From NCBI GenBank assembly GCA_011774835.1, contig JAACAK010000067.1, forward strand, positions 24,169-88,168: a stretch of DNA of 64,000 nt, written 5' to 3'. A model generated the notes under the pieces. The model made no database searches. It saw nothing but the letters and a program-made list of their open reading frames with translations, and was not told the origin of the DNA. Below are positions 21,446 through 31,909 of the stretch, piece by piece (within the stretch, counting starts at the first letter, position 1; the number at the start of each line of letters is the position of its first letter). The translations under genes and the position numbers were made by a program. The DNA is from Candidatus Kutchimonas denitrificans (lineage in GTDB: Bacteria; Gemmatimonadota; Gemmatimonadetes; Palauibacterales; KS3-K002).

Positions 21446-21461
21446 AGGCACGCCTTCTGCA
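21446..21461 (+). promoter_or_regulatory. Putative sigma54 -24/-12 site upstream of sucC
   Basis: AGGCACG-CCTT-CTGCA, GG-N10-GC. Confidence 0.45.
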
Positions 21462-21592
21462 TGGGATCAAATGGTCCCTTTGCGATAGGGAGCCGATGAG
21501 GATCAGGGCGCTGGCCAGCTGAACGGCGCGGGAGAGAGCTCGCGTCCGGGCCGTCGCGCCCGATCAACCATAGAGACAAGGGCGAAAGCGAT

Positions 21593-22729
21593 ATGAACAT
21601 CCACGAGTACCAGGCGAAGGAGATCTTCAGGGAGCATGGCATCCCCGTGCCTCCCGGCGAAGTGGCGACGACGCCGGCCGAGGCCGAAGAGATCGCTTCG
21701 CGCTTCGGTGGCGGGGTGGTGGTGAAGGCGCAGGTCCACGCCGGAGGACGGGGCAAAGCCGGCGGTGTGAAACTGGCCTCGAACGCGAAGGACGCGCGAA
21801 AGGCGGCGGAGAAGATCCTCGGCATGGAGATCAAGGGCCTCACCGTTCGCAAGGTGCTGGTGAGTCCGGCGGAGGACATCGCGCACGAGGCCTATCTGGG
21901 CGCCATCGTTGACCGGGCCAACGGTGCCGTCGTTCTGATGGCCTCGCCCGAAGGGGGAATCGACATCGAGGAGGTCGCGGCCAAAACGCCCGAGCGGATT
22001 TTCAAGGAGGAGGTCGATGCCCGTTACGGTCTGCTCGAACACCAGGCATCGCGGCTCGCTTTCAAGCTGTACCCGAACGATGCATCTCGTGCGCGGCAGG
22101 CGGCGGACATCATCGACAAGCTCTACGCCTCGATGATCGACGCCGGCGCTTCGCTGATCGAGATCAATCCACTGATCACCACGGAATCCGGTGAACTGAA
22201 GGCGATCGACGCCAAGCTGAACGTCGATGACAACGAGCTCTTGCGCAAAGAGAAGATCGCCGAGCTGCGCGACGTCGAGAGCGAAGCTTCCGAGGAGGTG
22301 AAGGCGCGCTCTCAGGGTCTGACCTACATCAAGTTGGATGGTGACGTGGGCTGCTGCGTAAACGGAGCGGGGCTGGCGATGGCCACGATGGACCTGGTGA
22401 AGTACTACGGCGGCGAGCCCGCCAACTTCCTGGACATCGGAGGCTCCTCCAGCCCGGAGAAGGTAGTCACGGCGCTGGAGATCATCACCGCCGATCCGTC
22501 GGTCAAGTCGATCCTGTTCAACATCTTCGGAGGGATTACGCGCTGCGACGATGTCGCCAACGGGATCGTCGAGGCCACCGAACAGATCGAGTTGGGTGTT
22601 CCGATCACGATTCGCCTGACCGGCACCAACGAGGAGCAGGCGGTAGAGATTCTCGAGGATGCCGGCTTCAGCGCGATGACCGACATGGACGAGGCGGTGA
22701 AAAAGGCCGTCGAATTGGCGAAGAACTAG
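21593..22729 (+). CDS. sucC: Succinyl-CoA synthetase beta subunit
   Basis: [45 protein letters not shown]. Confidence 0.98.
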   Translation: MNIHEYQAKEIFREHGIPVPPGEVATTPAEAEEIASRFGGGVVVKAQVHAGGRGKAGGVKLASNAKDARKAAEKILGMEIKGLTVRKVLVSPAEDIAHEAYLGAIVDRANGAVVLMASPEGGIDIEEVAAKTPERIFKEEVDARYGLLEHQASRLAFKLYPNDASRARQAADIIDKLYASMIDAGASLIEINPLITTESGELKAIDAKLNVDDNELLRKEKIAELRDVESEASEEVKARSQGLTYIKLDGDVGCCVNGAGLAMATMDLVKYYGGEPANFLDIGGSSSPEKVVTALEIITADPSVKSILFNIFGGITRCDDVANGIVEATEQIELGVPITIRLTGTNEEQAVEILEDAGFSAMTDMDEAVKKAVELAKN

Positions 22730-22746
22730 AAAGCGGACAGAGTTTC

Positions 22747-23622
22747 ATGGCAATATTCGCGGATAGCAGCACCAGGGTGGTGGTCCAGGGGATCACCGGG
22801 CGCGACGGGTCGTTCCACACCCGCCAGATGATGGAATACGGCACGAAGATCGTCGCCGGCGTCACCCCCGGCAAAGGCGGCCAGAAGTTCGACGACGAGG
22901 TGCCGATCTTCAATACGGTGGAGGAGGCGGTCGAGGAAACGGGCGCCAACGCCAGCGTCATCTACGTGCCGGCGCGCTTCGCGGCGGAGGCGATCTGCGA
23001 GGCGGCGGATTCGGGCGTCGAGCTGGTGGTTTGCATCTCCGAGGGCATCCCGGTGCTCGACATGTTGCGTGCCACCCGTTACGTGCGGGACCACGGGTCT
23101 CGTCTCATCGGACCGAATTGTCCGGGGATGATCTCGCCGGGCGAGACCAAGCTGGGGATCATACCGGGGCAGATCGTGGAAAAGGGGCCGATCGGTGTAA
23201 TCAGCCGCTCGGGAACCCTCACCTACGAGGTCGTCTGGGCCCTCACGCAGGCGGGACTGGGCCAATCGAGTTGCATCGGCATCGGTGGCGACCCCGTCAT
23301 CGGGACCAGCTTCATCGACTGCCTCGAGGCGTTCGAGAACGACTCGAGCACCGGTGCCGTCGTGCTGATCGGAGAGATCGGGGGCACCGACGAGCAGAAC
23401 GCTGCCAGCTACGTCAAGGAGCACATGTCGAAGCCCGTCGTCGGGTTCGTGGCCGGCCAGACCGCACCGCCAGGACGACGTATGGGACATGCAGGCGCGA
23501 TCATCTCCGGTTCCGCCGGGACGGCGGAGGAGAAGATCGATACCTTTAGGGAAAACGGCGTCGAGGTGGCCGAGCGCCCGGCGGAGATGCCCAAGATCCT
23601 CTCGAAGGTGATGAATGGATAA
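22747..23622 (+). CDS. sucD: Succinyl-CoA synthetase alpha subunit
   Basis: [30 protein letters not shown] phospho-His motif. Confidence 0.98.
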   Translation: MAIFADSSTRVVVQGITGRDGSFHTRQMMEYGTKIVAGVTPGKGGQKFDDEVPIFNTVEEAVEETGANASVIYVPARFAAEAICEAADSGVELVVCISEGIPVLDMLRATRYVRDHGSRLIGPNCPGMISPGETKLGIIPGQIVEKGPIGVISRSGTLTYEVVWALTQAGLGQSSCIGIGGDPVIGTSFIDCLEAFENDSSTGAVVLIGEIGGTDEQNAASYVKEHMSKPVVGFVAGQTAPPGRRMGHAGAIISGSAGTAEEKIDTFRENGVEVAERPAEMPKILSKVMNG

Positions 23623-24511
23623 CCCGACGACTATCTCGAGGCTGCTGCCCGCTGAGCACCTCGTCATCGGGCTGAAAGCCAGAACGCTCGAAGAAGCCCT
23701 CGGGCAGCTCATCGAGCGGCTCGATGAGGCCGATCAGATCACCGACCGGGCGGCGCTCGATGCGCTCGTCGCGGACGAGATCGAGAGCGGCGAGGCGCCC
23801 AGCCTGGGAGACCGGGCCATACTGATGCACTTCCGAACCGACGCAGTCGACGAATTGGTCGTGGCGGTGGGAACCGCGAACAAGCCGTTCGCCTTCGCAC
23901 CGGACGATTCACCCGAGGCCGATCTGCTGATCCTGATACTGACCCCCAGGACCGCCACCCGCCCTTACCTGAAGACCCTGGCGGCTCTCAGCGAGTTCCT
24001 CGCCGATCCAGCCATCCCGGATGCCCTGGTCTCCGCCGATTCGGTCGACGAGTTCCTCGATGTCGTCGCCAGCCGCGACCTGGTCATCCGGCCCGAGCTG
24101 ACCGTTCGCGACCTCATGAGCCGCGATGTCCACGCGGTCTCCCCCGAGACCCTGCTTTCGGAGGCGCTTCGACTCATGGCCCGCCACCGCCGACGCGGCG
24201 TGCCCGTCGTCAGCGACAACGGCGAGGTGCTGGGGATGGTCACCGAACAGGAGCTGCTGCAGCATTTTCTCCCCCAGATTCTCGGGACGGCGCCTCGTGA
24301 CGGCTCTCCGCCTCCGGTCAAGGACCTCGAGGTGCGCGACGTCATGCAGCGCAGCGTCATGTGCCTCCCGGAGGATCAGTTGATTTCGGATGTGCTCGGC
24401 ACCATGCTCACCGAGCGGGTCTCGCAGTTTCCCGTGGTGAAGGAGGGGAAGCTGGTCGGGTTCCTGTCCCGGACGGACCTTATCCAGAAACTACTTGAGA
24501 AATCGATATAG
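23615..24511 (+). CDS. PTS EIIA (Ntr/Fru-like) domain fused to a tandem CBS pair
   Basis: N-half [20 protein letters not shown]...[13 protein letters not shown]...YLKTLAALS (EIIA pattern with His); C-half VRDLMSRDV...GVPVV...GMVT and VRDVM...[16 protein letters not shown]. Confidence 0.8.
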   Translation: MDNPTTISRLLPAEHLVIGLKARTLEEALGQLIERLDEADQITDRAALDALVADEIESGEAPSLGDRAILMHFRTDAVDELVVAVGTANKPFAFAPDDSPEADLLILILTPRTATRPYLKTLAALSEFLADPAIPDALVSADSVDEFLDVVASRDLVIRPELTVRDLMSRDVHAVSPETLLSEALRLMARHRRRGVPVVSDNGEVLGMVTEQELLQHFLPQILGTAPRDGSPPPVKDLEVRDVMQRSVMCLPEDQLISDVLGTMLTERVSQFPVVKEGKLVGFLSRTDLIQKLLEKSI

Positions 24512-24519
24512 AACCCGTT

Positions 24520-24954
24520 ATGGAATATACACTTGCAATCATCAAGCCCGACGCCATCCAGGGGGGCAAGGCGGGCCTGATCCTCAATCGGTTGGAGGAG
24601 GAGGGGTTCCGAATTCGGGCCGCGCGCCTGACCCGACTGACCGAGCCGGAGGCGGGGGAGCTCTACGCGGTACATCGTGGGCGGCCGTTCTACGAGGCGT
24701 TGAAGCGGTTCATGACGTCGGGTCCGATCCTGGCTCTCGCCTTGGAACGCGAGGATGCGGTGGCGTACCTGCGGAAGGTGATCGGGGCGACGGACCCGGC
24801 GCAGGCGGAGCGGGGGACGATCCGAGCGCTGTACGCGGAGAACAAGGAGCGGAACGCGATCCATGCGTCGGATTCGGAAGAGAACGCGCGACGGGAGGTG
24901 AGCTTCTTCTTTTCGGTCCAGGAGCTGTTGTGGACGGTTGAGGAACGGGGCTGA
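24520..24954 (+). CDS. ndk: Nucleoside diphosphate kinase
   Basis: TLAIIKPDA, FMTSGP, GATDP, NAIHASDS. Confidence 0.97.
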   Translation: MEYTLAIIKPDAIQGGKAGLILNRLEEEGFRIRAARLTRLTEPEAGELYAVHRGRPFYEALKRFMTSGPILALALEREDAVAYLRKVIGATDPAQAERGTIRALYAENKERNAIHASDSEENARREVSFFFSVQELLWTVEERG

Positions 24955-24972
24955 ACCGCCTCACCTGCCGCG

Positions 24973-25001
24973 TTGACAGGGCCGGCACCCGCCAATAGAC
25001 T
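24973..25001 (+). promoter_or_regulatory. Putative sigma70 promoter of the yceD-rpmF-plsX-fab operon
   Basis: TTGACA-17 nt-TAGACT. Confidence 0.75.
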
Positions 25002-25010
25002 ATGGGCGCC

Positions 25011-25526
25011 GTGCTAGTCATAGATATTCGGCGCCTCAGTGAGGCGCCTGTCAGAGTTGAAGGCGTGATTGCCGACGACCATCCCGGTTGGTCCGGGACG
25101 GACGTCGAGTTGGGCGGGAGCCTGAATGTCGAGGCGACGGCGGAAGGATCGCCGACCCGAGGGATCTGGGTTCGAGGCTCGCTGAAGGGTCGCCTGAAGA
25201 CGGCCTGCCGTCGGTGTCTGGAGCCGCTGGAGCTCGATATCTCCGAATCGTTCCACATGCTCTTCGATCCGAAGACGGCGGAAGGCGAGGGGGACCTGGA
25301 TCTGTATGGCTTCGACGCCGGTGCCGACGAGCTCGATCTGCGTCCGCATCTGATCGAGCGTTTCTTGTTGCTGGTTCCGGCGTTTCCGGAGTGTGCGGCG
25401 GGATGCGCGGGTTACTGTGCGCGCTGTGGTGCGGACTTGAGCGAGGAAGAGTGCCGTTGTGCGCCGGCGGAGTCGGATCCGCGCTGGGGTCCGCTGCGGG
25501 CGCTCAAAGCGGAAGGGGAGATCTGA
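25011..25526 (+). CDS. yceD: DUF177/YceD family protein
   Basis: CRRCL and CAGYCARCG Cys pairs, DPRWGPL C-terminus, upstream of rpmF; GTG 25011 preferred because ATG 25002 abuts the -10 box. Confidence 0.88.
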   Translation: MLVIDIRRLSEAPVRVEGVIADDHPGWSGTDVELGGSLNVEATAEGSPTRGIWVRGSLKGRLKTACRRCLEPLELDISESFHMLFDPKTAEGEGDLDLYGFDAGADELDLRPHLIERFLLLVPAFPECAAGCAGYCARCGADLSEEECRCAPAESDPRWGPLRALKAEGEI

Positions 25527-25577
25527 GGCTTTCACCGGCGCGGGCCGGGGACACGGGTTAGGCGGATAGAGGTCAAC

Positions 25578-25763
25578 ATGGCCGTACCGAAGAAGCGATC
25601 ATCCAAGGCACGAAAACGGAAGCGCCGCACGCACTACAAGGCCGAGCCGGCGGCTACCCAGTCTTGTCCGCAGTGCGGAGATCCCAAGCTGCCGCACCGG
25701 GTCTGCCCCACGTGCGGCTATTACCGCGACGCTGAAGTCATTCAAGTCGAGACTGAATTCTAG
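25578..25763 (+). CDS. rpmF: 50S ribosomal protein L32 (Zn-ribbon type)
   Basis: MAVPKKRSSK, CPQCG..KLPHRVCPTCGYY. Confidence 0.97.
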   Translation: MAVPKKRSSKARKRKRRTHYKAEPAATQSCPQCGDPKLPHRVCPTCGYYRDAEVIQVETEF

Positions 25764-25955
25764 CCACCGCGGAACCGCGGGCCGCTGAGTCGTCTGTGGT
25801 CGTGGGTCGCCGGGGCCTTTCGCCGCCGAGGTCCACGGGCACAGAGGAGCGCGGCGGAGAAGCGTCGAGCCACCGACGTGCGCTGTTGGGCGCGTCACCC
25901 GGACCACGTCGCCGGGCTGGCGTGCTCGTATCGTTATTGCCGTTGCCTGTTGTCT

Positions 25956-26945
25956 ATGCGAATAGCCCTCGATGTGATGGGAGGCGACAACGCTCCCGCC
26001 GCCCCGGTCCTCGGCGGTGTGGAGGCGCTCGATCAGCTGGAAGCGGAGTTCGAGTTGCTGCTGGTCGGCGACACGGAGGCGATCGAGCGGGAGCTCGACG
26101 GCAGGGACGTCGATCGGGATCGCCTCAGGATAATCGCGGCCAGCGAGACGATCGAGATGGACGAGGCGCCGGTGGAGGCGGTTCGCCGCAAGCGGGACAG
26201 CTCGATTTGTCGTGGAATCGAGCTGCAGGCCCGCGGCGAAGCTGACGCCTTCGTATCGGCGGGCTCGACCGGAGCGGTACTGGCGGCGTCGATGCTCTCG
26301 CTCGGAACCTTGCCGGGACTCGACCGGGCGGGGCTGGGAGCGCTGCTTCCGACCGCGGGACCGCATCCCACGCTGCTGATCGACGTGGGAGCGAACGCCG
26401 ACTGCCGGTCGCAGGACCTGGAAAGGTTCGCCCACCTAGGCCACGTGTACGTCCAGGCGGTGGAGGGTCGACCGAACCCGCGTGTCGGGTTGCTGAACAT
26501 GGGTGGGGAAGCGGGGAAGGGCGATCGCCTGAGCCAGGAGACGTATCGCCTGCTGGAACGGGGCCGTCTGAATTTTGCGGGTAACGTGGAGGGCCACGAT
26601 ATTCTGAGCGGGGATTACGATGTGGTGGTGTGCGGCGGTTTCGCCGGCAACATCGTATTGAAGTTCTACGAATCGGTGGCCGATCACCTGGCGCGCCGGG
26701 TCAGCCTGTCGGCCGCCGGGTCGGCGGCGCTGATCGATCTGACCCGGGTGTGCGACGTGCTCGACTATGCGGCGCAAGGGGGCGCACCGCTACTGGGAGT
26801 CGACGGTGTGACGATCGTCTGTCATGGCGATTCGCCACCTCGAGCGATCAGGAACGCGGTACGGGTCGCCGTCACAGCGGTGGAGAATGATATGGTGGAG
26901 CGACTGAAGCGAGAGTTCTCCGGTCTGGCCGAGGCGAAGGCGTAG
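25956..26945 (+). CDS. plsX: Phosphate acyltransferase
   Basis: MRIALDVMGGD, VSAGSTGA, DVGAN, GGAPLLGV. Confidence 0.95.
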   Translation: MRIALDVMGGDNAPAAPVLGGVEALDQLEAEFELLLVGDTEAIERELDGRDVDRDRLRIIAASETIEMDEAPVEAVRRKRDSSICRGIELQARGEADAFVSAGSTGAVLAASMLSLGTLPGLDRAGLGALLPTAGPHPTLLIDVGANADCRSQDLERFAHLGHVYVQAVEGRPNPRVGLLNMGGEAGKGDRLSQETYRLLERGRLNFAGNVEGHDILSGDYDVVVCGGFAGNIVLKFYESVADHLARRVSLSAAGSAALIDLTRVCDVLDYAAQGGAPLLGVDGVTIVCHGDSPPRAIRNAVRVAVTAVENDMVERLKREFSGLAEAKA

Positions 26946-26946
26946 C

Positions 26947-27939
26947 GTGCGCGGCGGCCTGATCGAGCTGGCGTCTACGGGTATGTGGGTGCCCGAGAAG
27001 GTGTTGACCAACGCGGACCTGGAGCGGATGGTCGATACCACGGACGAGTGGATCACCGAACGCACGGGCATCAAGGAACGCCGGATCGCCGGCGATGACA
27101 TGACGGCGGTGGAGATGGGCTACCGCGCGGGCAAGGCGGCTGTCGCAGATGCCGGCCTGGAACCCGCGGACGTTGACGCGATCATCGTCTCGACGGCCAC
27201 GCCGGACCGCCTCCTGCCCGCGACGGCGTGCGATATCCAGGCCCGGCTCGAGGCCCGCGACGCCGTCGCCTTCGATGTCTGGGGCGCCTGCAGCGGCTGG
27301 CTCTACGCCATCAACATCGGGTCCGGCCTCATCCTGAGCGAGCAGGCCGAAACGGTGCTGTGTGTCGCCACCGAGAAGATGAGCGCGATCGTGGACTGGA
27401 CCGATCGCGCGACCTGTGTGCTGTTCGGCGATGCCGCCGGCGCCACGGTGCTGCGGCGCTCGGGTGGAAACGGTCACGGGATCCTCTCCACCTACATGCG
27501 CTCCGACGGGACGCTCGCCGAATTGCTGTACCGTAGCCCCCTGGACTCCGGGTCGGTTCCGGTCGACGTGGCGGAGCTGGCGGTCCGCGACGGGTACCTG
27601 CGGATGGCGGGTCGCGAGGTATTCAAGAATGCGGTCCGCTCGATGTGCGAGGCCGTCGACGCCGTGCTGGAGAAGGCGGGCGTGACGAAGGACGAGATCG
27701 ATCTGCTGGTTCCGCACCAGGCGAACATCCGGATTATCGAGGCGACGGCCAGGTACGCCGGCCTGTCGATGGATCGGGTCTGGGTGAACGTGGACCGCTA
27801 CGGCAATACCTCATCGGCCACCATCCCCGTGGCGCTGCACGAAGCGCGAGAGGCGGGCCGGATCGAGGAGGGGTCGCTCGTTCTCATGGTCACGTTCGGC
27901 GCCGGGCTCACCTGGGCCGGCATGCTGATTCGCTGGTAG
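26947..27939 (+). CDS. fabH: Beta-ketoacyl-ACP synthase III
   Basis: ERTGIKERR, GACSGW, PHQAN, YGNTSSA, FGAGLTW. Confidence 0.96.
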   Translation: MRGGLIELASTGMWVPEKVLTNADLERMVDTTDEWITERTGIKERRIAGDDMTAVEMGYRAGKAAVADAGLEPADVDAIIVSTATPDRLLPATACDIQARLEARDAVAFDVWGACSGWLYAINIGSGLILSEQAETVLCVATEKMSAIVDWTDRATCVLFGDAAGATVLRRSGGNGHGILSTYMRSDGTLAELLYRSPLDSGSVPVDVAELAVRDGYLRMAGREVFKNAVRSMCEAVDAVLEKAGVTKDEIDLLVPHQANIRIIEATARYAGLSMDRVWVNVDRYGNTSSATIPVALHEAREAGRIEEGSLVLMVTFGAGLTWAGMLIRW

Positions 27940-27952
27940 CAGGCGGACGCAG

Positions 27953-28879
27953 ATGGCGGATCGCGCCGCATTATTCCCCGGTCAGGGAAGCCAGCAGGTC
28001 GGGATGGGGGCAGAGCTGGCCGAGGCCTACCCGCCGGCCCGGGCCATGTTCGAGCGTGCCGATGAGGTCCTCGGCTTCGCCCTCTCGAAGCTCTGTTGGG
28101 AGGGGCCGGAGGATCGGCTGACGCAGACCGAGAACGCTCAGCCGGCCATCCTCGTTCACAGCCTGGCGGCGTGGAGCGTGGTATCCGACCGGCTGGCTGA
28201 CATCGTACGGTTCGCCGCTGGCCACTCGCTGGGAGAGTTCTCGGCTTACGCCGCGGCCGGCTCGCTGGAGTTCGATGATGCGGTGCGCCTCGTGCGCCGC
28301 CGCGGCGAGCTCATGTCCGCGGCGCGAGAAGGGACGATGGCCGCGGTGCTGAAGCTCGAGGATGGAGCTGTCGAGGACGTGTGCCGACGCGTCCGCGATG
28401 AGGGGGGCGTGGTCGTGGCGGCGAACTTCAACGCGCCGGGTCAGGTGGTGATCTCGGGCGAGGTCGAGGCGGTCGAAAAGGCGCGAACGCTCGCCACGGA
28501 GGCCGGCGCGCGGGTGAAGCCGCTTCCGGTCAGCGGGGCCTTCCATTCGCCGCTGATGGCGGAAGCCGAGGCGGGACTGCGGGAAGCGCTGGAGAGCGTC
28601 GAGTTCCGCGACCCCCGTTTCCCCGTGGTGGCGAACGCCACGGCCGAACCGATAAGCGACGCGGATGCGGCCCGGGCGGCGCTGGTGCGCCAGCTGACCG
28701 CGCCGGTCCGCTGGACCGAGAGCGTTCGGCGAATCGCCGCGGAGGGCGTGACGCGCTACATGGAGTTCGGACCGGGCAAGGTGCTGACCGGTCTGCTGAA
28801 GCGCATCGACGGCTCGCTGGAAGGTGTCGGACTGGGCAAGCCGGGGGACATCGAAAGCTTCAACGAAGGCAAGGCGTGA
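27953..28879 (+). CDS. fabD: Malonyl-CoA:ACP transacylase
   Basis: FPGQGSQ, GHSLGE, VSGAFHS, PVRW. Confidence 0.97.
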   Translation: MADRAALFPGQGSQQVGMGAELAEAYPPARAMFERADEVLGFALSKLCWEGPEDRLTQTENAQPAILVHSLAAWSVVSDRLADIVRFAAGHSLGEFSAYAAAGSLEFDDAVRLVRRRGELMSAAREGTMAAVLKLEDGAVEDVCRRVRDEGGVVVAANFNAPGQVVISGEVEAVEKARTLATEAGARVKPLPVSGAFHSPLMAEAEAGLREALESVEFRDPRFPVVANATAEPISDADAARAALVRQLTAPVRWTESVRRIAAEGVTRYMEFGPGKVLTGLLKRIDGSLEGVGLGKPGDIESFNEGKA

Positions 28880-29610
28880 TGAAAGAGCTCGAGGGAGCCG
28901 TCGCCGTCATCACTGGAGGTTTCCGGGGTATCGGCCTGGCGACCGCGAAGCAGCTGGCGGATGCCGGTGCCGCCGTGGCGGTGCTGGACATGGACGAGTC
29001 CGGGAAAGAGTCGGCCGAGGCCGAGCTTCCCGGTGGCCGGGCGTATATCTGCAACGTCACCGAGCTGGAGGACGTCAACACGGCGGTCGACGCGGTGACG
29101 GAGGAGCTGGGCCCCATCACGGTGCTGGTCAACAACGCCGGCGTGACCCGCGACAACCTCCTGTTGCGCATGAAAGACGACGAGTGGAACCTGGTGCTCG
29201 ATGTGAACCTCCGCGGCACGTTTCTCATGACCCGGGCCGTGAGCAAGGGGATGATCAAGGAGCGGGCGGGGTCGATCGTCAACCTGGCCAGCGTCGTGGG
29301 CGTGATGGGCAACGCCGGTCAGGCAAACTACGCCTCTGCCAAGGCCGGCATCATCGGCTTCACAAAGGCGGTCGCCAAGGAGTTGGCGCCCCGGGGCGTA
29401 CGGGCCAACGCCGTGGCGCCGGGCTTCATCGACACCGCCATGACCCAGAAGCTGCCCAAGAAGGCACGGGAGACGTTGATGGGTCAGATCCCCCTGGGGA
29501 AGTTGGGTGAACCGGAGGATGTGGCCAGGGTGATACGTTTTCTGGCCGGGCCGGCTTCGAGCTATATAACGGGCCAGGTCCTTGTTGTCGACGGGGGGAT
29601 GGTCATGTAA
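28876..29610 (+). CDS. fabG: 3-oxoacyl-ACP reductase
   Basis: [28 protein letters not shown] (start GTG 28876 or ATG 28879). Confidence 0.96.
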   Translation: MMKELEGAVAVITGGFRGIGLATAKQLADAGAAVAVLDMDESGKESAEAELPGGRAYICNVTELEDVNTAVDAVTEELGPITVLVNNAGVTRDNLLLRMKDDEWNLVLDVNLRGTFLMTRAVSKGMIKERAGSIVNLASVVGVMGNAGQANYASAKAGIIGFTKAVAKELAPRGVRANAVAPGFIDTAMTQKLPKKARETLMGQIPLGKLGEPEDVARVIRFLAGPASSYITGQVLVVDGGMVM

Positions 29611-29672
29611 TTTCGGGTGTGTTCAGCGTACAAGGCGGGAACATCAGGGAGAAAAGGCAAAGGAGACCACCT

Positions 29673-29912
29673 ATGGCAGACATCGAATCCCGCGTCCGGG
29701 ATATCATCGTCACCGAGCTCGGCGTCGAACCCTCGAAGGTTACGCCGGAGGCCTCGTTCGTGGAAGATCTCGGGGCCGATTCCCTCGATACGGTCGAGCT
29801 CGTGATGGCGTTCGAGGAGGAGTTCGGGATCGAGATTCCGGACGAGGACGCCGAGAAGATGGAGACCGTCGGGGACGCGATCAAGTACCTCACGGAAAAG
29901 GAAGGGGCCTGA
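29673..29912 (+). CDS. acpP: Acyl carrier protein
   Basis: [17 protein letters not shown] after AGGAG. Confidence 0.97.
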   Translation: MADIESRVRDIIVTELGVEPSKVTPEASFVEDLGADSLDTVELVMAFEEEFGIEIPDEDAEKMETVGDAIKYLTEKEGA

Positions 29913-29920
29913 CCCTCGGG

Positions 29921-31174
29921 ATGTCCACGGAGAAGCGCAGAGTTGTCATTACCGGCGCCGGCTTGATCACGGCGGTCGCTAATGATCTGGCGAGCAATTG
30001 GGATGCGCTGCTGTCGGGGATCAGCGGGACGGACACGATCACGTCCTTCGATCCCTCGCGGCTCGAGGTGCGACTGGCCGCCGAGGTCAAGAACTTCGAT
30101 CCGGCGGACTATCTGGACAAGAAGGAAGTCCGACGTACCGACCGCTTTTGTCAGTTCGCTCTGGTCGCCGCGGCGGAGGCACTGAGGACCGCCGGGTTAG
30201 GCGAGTCGCCGGATGTCGAGTCCGATCGATTCGGCGTGATTACCGGCAGCGGCATCGGGGGGATCGGGACGCTGGAGCAGCAGCACCTGGTCTATCTGGA
30301 GAAGGGCCCGGATCGGGTGTCGCCGTTCTTCGTGCCGATGTTCATCGCCGACATGGCGCCGGGCCTGATCTCGATGAAGTACGGGGCGAAGGGCCCGAAC
30401 TACAGCACTCAGTCGGCATGCGCGTCGAGCGCGCACGCGATCGGCAACGCGTTCAAGCTGATTCAGCGCGGCATCGCCGATGTCATCATCAGCGGCGGAA
30501 CCGAATCATCGGTGACGCCTCTGACGATGGCGGGCTTCGCCTCCATGAAGGCGCTATCGTCACGCAACGATGAGCCCGAAAAGGCCAGCCGTCCGTTCGA
30601 CGCCAACCGGGACGGGTTCGTGCTGGGCGAGGGCGGCGGCCTGGTGGTGCTGGAGGCGCTCGAGCACGCCAGGGCCCGGGGCGCACCGATCATGGCTGAG
30701 GTCGTGGGCTATGGATTGACCGCGGACGCCCATCACATGACGGCACCGGCGCCGGAAGGGGAGGGCGCTCAGCGTGCGATGCGGCAGGCGCTTGAAGATG
30801 GTGGCCTGCAGCCCGAAGACATCGACTACATAAACGCTCACGGCACGTCGACACCGTTCAACGACCTGAGCGAAACGCAGGCGATCAAGAAGGTCTTCGG
30901 CGACCATGCCCACGAACTGGTGGTCAGCTCGACCAAGTCGATGACCGGACACACGCTGGGAGCCGCCGGCGGCGTCGAGGGAGTCATCTGCACGCTGGTC
31001 GTCAAAGAGGGTAAAATCCCGCCAACCATCAACTTCTCGGAACCCGACCCCGATTGCGACCTGAACTATTCGTTCAACGAGGCGACGGAGCGGCCCGTGG
31101 AGCTGGCCCTCTCGAACTCGTTCGGGTTCGGCGGCCACAACGTCACACTGGCCATCAAGCGCTGGGAGGAATAG
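29921..31174 (+). CDS. fabF: Beta-ketoacyl-ACP synthase II
   Basis: [36 protein letters not shown]. Confidence 0.97.
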   Translation: MSTEKRRVVITGAGLITAVANDLASNWDALLSGISGTDTITSFDPSRLEVRLAAEVKNFDPADYLDKKEVRRTDRFCQFALVAAAEALRTAGLGESPDVESDRFGVITGSGIGGIGTLEQQHLVYLEKGPDRVSPFFVPMFIADMAPGLISMKYGAKGPNYSTQSACASSAHAIGNAFKLIQRGIADVIISGGTESSVTPLTMAGFASMKALSSRNDEPEKASRPFDANRDGFVLGEGGGLVVLEALEHARARGAPIMAEVVGYGLTADAHHMTAPAPEGEGAQRAMRQALEDGGLQPEDIDYINAHGTSTPFNDLSETQAIKKVFGDHAHELVVSSTKSMTGHTLGAAGGVEGVICTLVVKEGKIPPTINFSEPDPDCDLNYSFNEATERPVELALSNSFGFGGHNVTLAIKRWEE

Positions 31175-31399
31175 CGAAACGCCGGAGTTCCAGGGCATTC
31201 GTCCCGCGCCCGACGCACCCCGGCGGTGGCAGTCGAGCTTGCAGCAGGCCTACCGCGACGTGGCGCGCCCCTATCCACGGCCGCCACGCCTTGTTCCCCG
31301 CTCCTGGACAGGTTAACTACCCTCCGGGCAATCACCCGTCGATCCCGGCGGTCGCCCTCGCGTCGCGCGGCTGAAGGGGAGAGGAGGGCGAACACGCAA

Positions 31400-31909
31400 A
31401 TGCGAGTCGGAATAGGCTTCGACGTTCATCGTTTCGGCGAAGGCCGGCGGCTCATTCTGGGTGGCGTCGAGTTCGACTCGGAGACCGGCCTGTCGGGCCA
31501 CAGCGATGCCGACGTCCTCACCCACGCCGTGATCGATGCGCTGCTCGGCGCCGCCGCACTGGGTGACATCGGCCAGCATTTCCCGGACAGCGACGAACGA
31601 TGGCGGGATGCGTCGTCCCTCGACATGCTGCGGACGGCGGTCCAGCTGCTCGAGGGGGACAACTACCAACCGGTAAACGTCGATGTCGCCGTCGCCGCCG
31701 AGGCCCCGCCCCTGGCGCCGCGAATCGGCGCGATGCGGGAACGGCTGGCGGAGGCTTTGAGGATCGCCCCGGCTCAGGTGTCCATCAAGGCGACGACCGC
31801 GGAGGGACTCGGGGCCATCGGACGCGGCGAAGGAATCGCCGCGTGGGCGGTGGCACTGATCGACCGCGTGCGCGAACCCGAATTTCCACGAGGCGCGGGT
31901 GGCGCCTGA
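31400..31909 (+). CDS. ispF: 2-C-methyl-D-erythritol 2,4-cyclodiphosphate synthase
   Basis: MRVGIGFDVH, GHSDADVLTHA, DIGQHFP, KATTAE. Confidence 0.96.
   Translation: MRVGIGFDVHRFGEGRRLILGGVEFDSETGLSGHSDADVLTHAVIDALLGAAALGDIGQHFPDSDERWRDASSLDMLRTAVQLLEGDNYQPVNVDVAVAAEAPPLAPRIGAMRERLAEALRIAPAQVSIKATTAEGLGAIGRGEGIAAWAVALIDRVREPEFPRGAGGA

Noticed and set aside
29582..29920. Apparent 113-aa N-terminal extension of FabF spanning acpP
   Set aside because: It is a stop-free alternate frame over acpP; FabF homology starts at ATG 29921
31227..31243. TGGCAGTCGAGCTTGCA as a sigma54 promoter for ispF
   Set aside because: GG to GC spacing is 11 nt, not the obligatory 10
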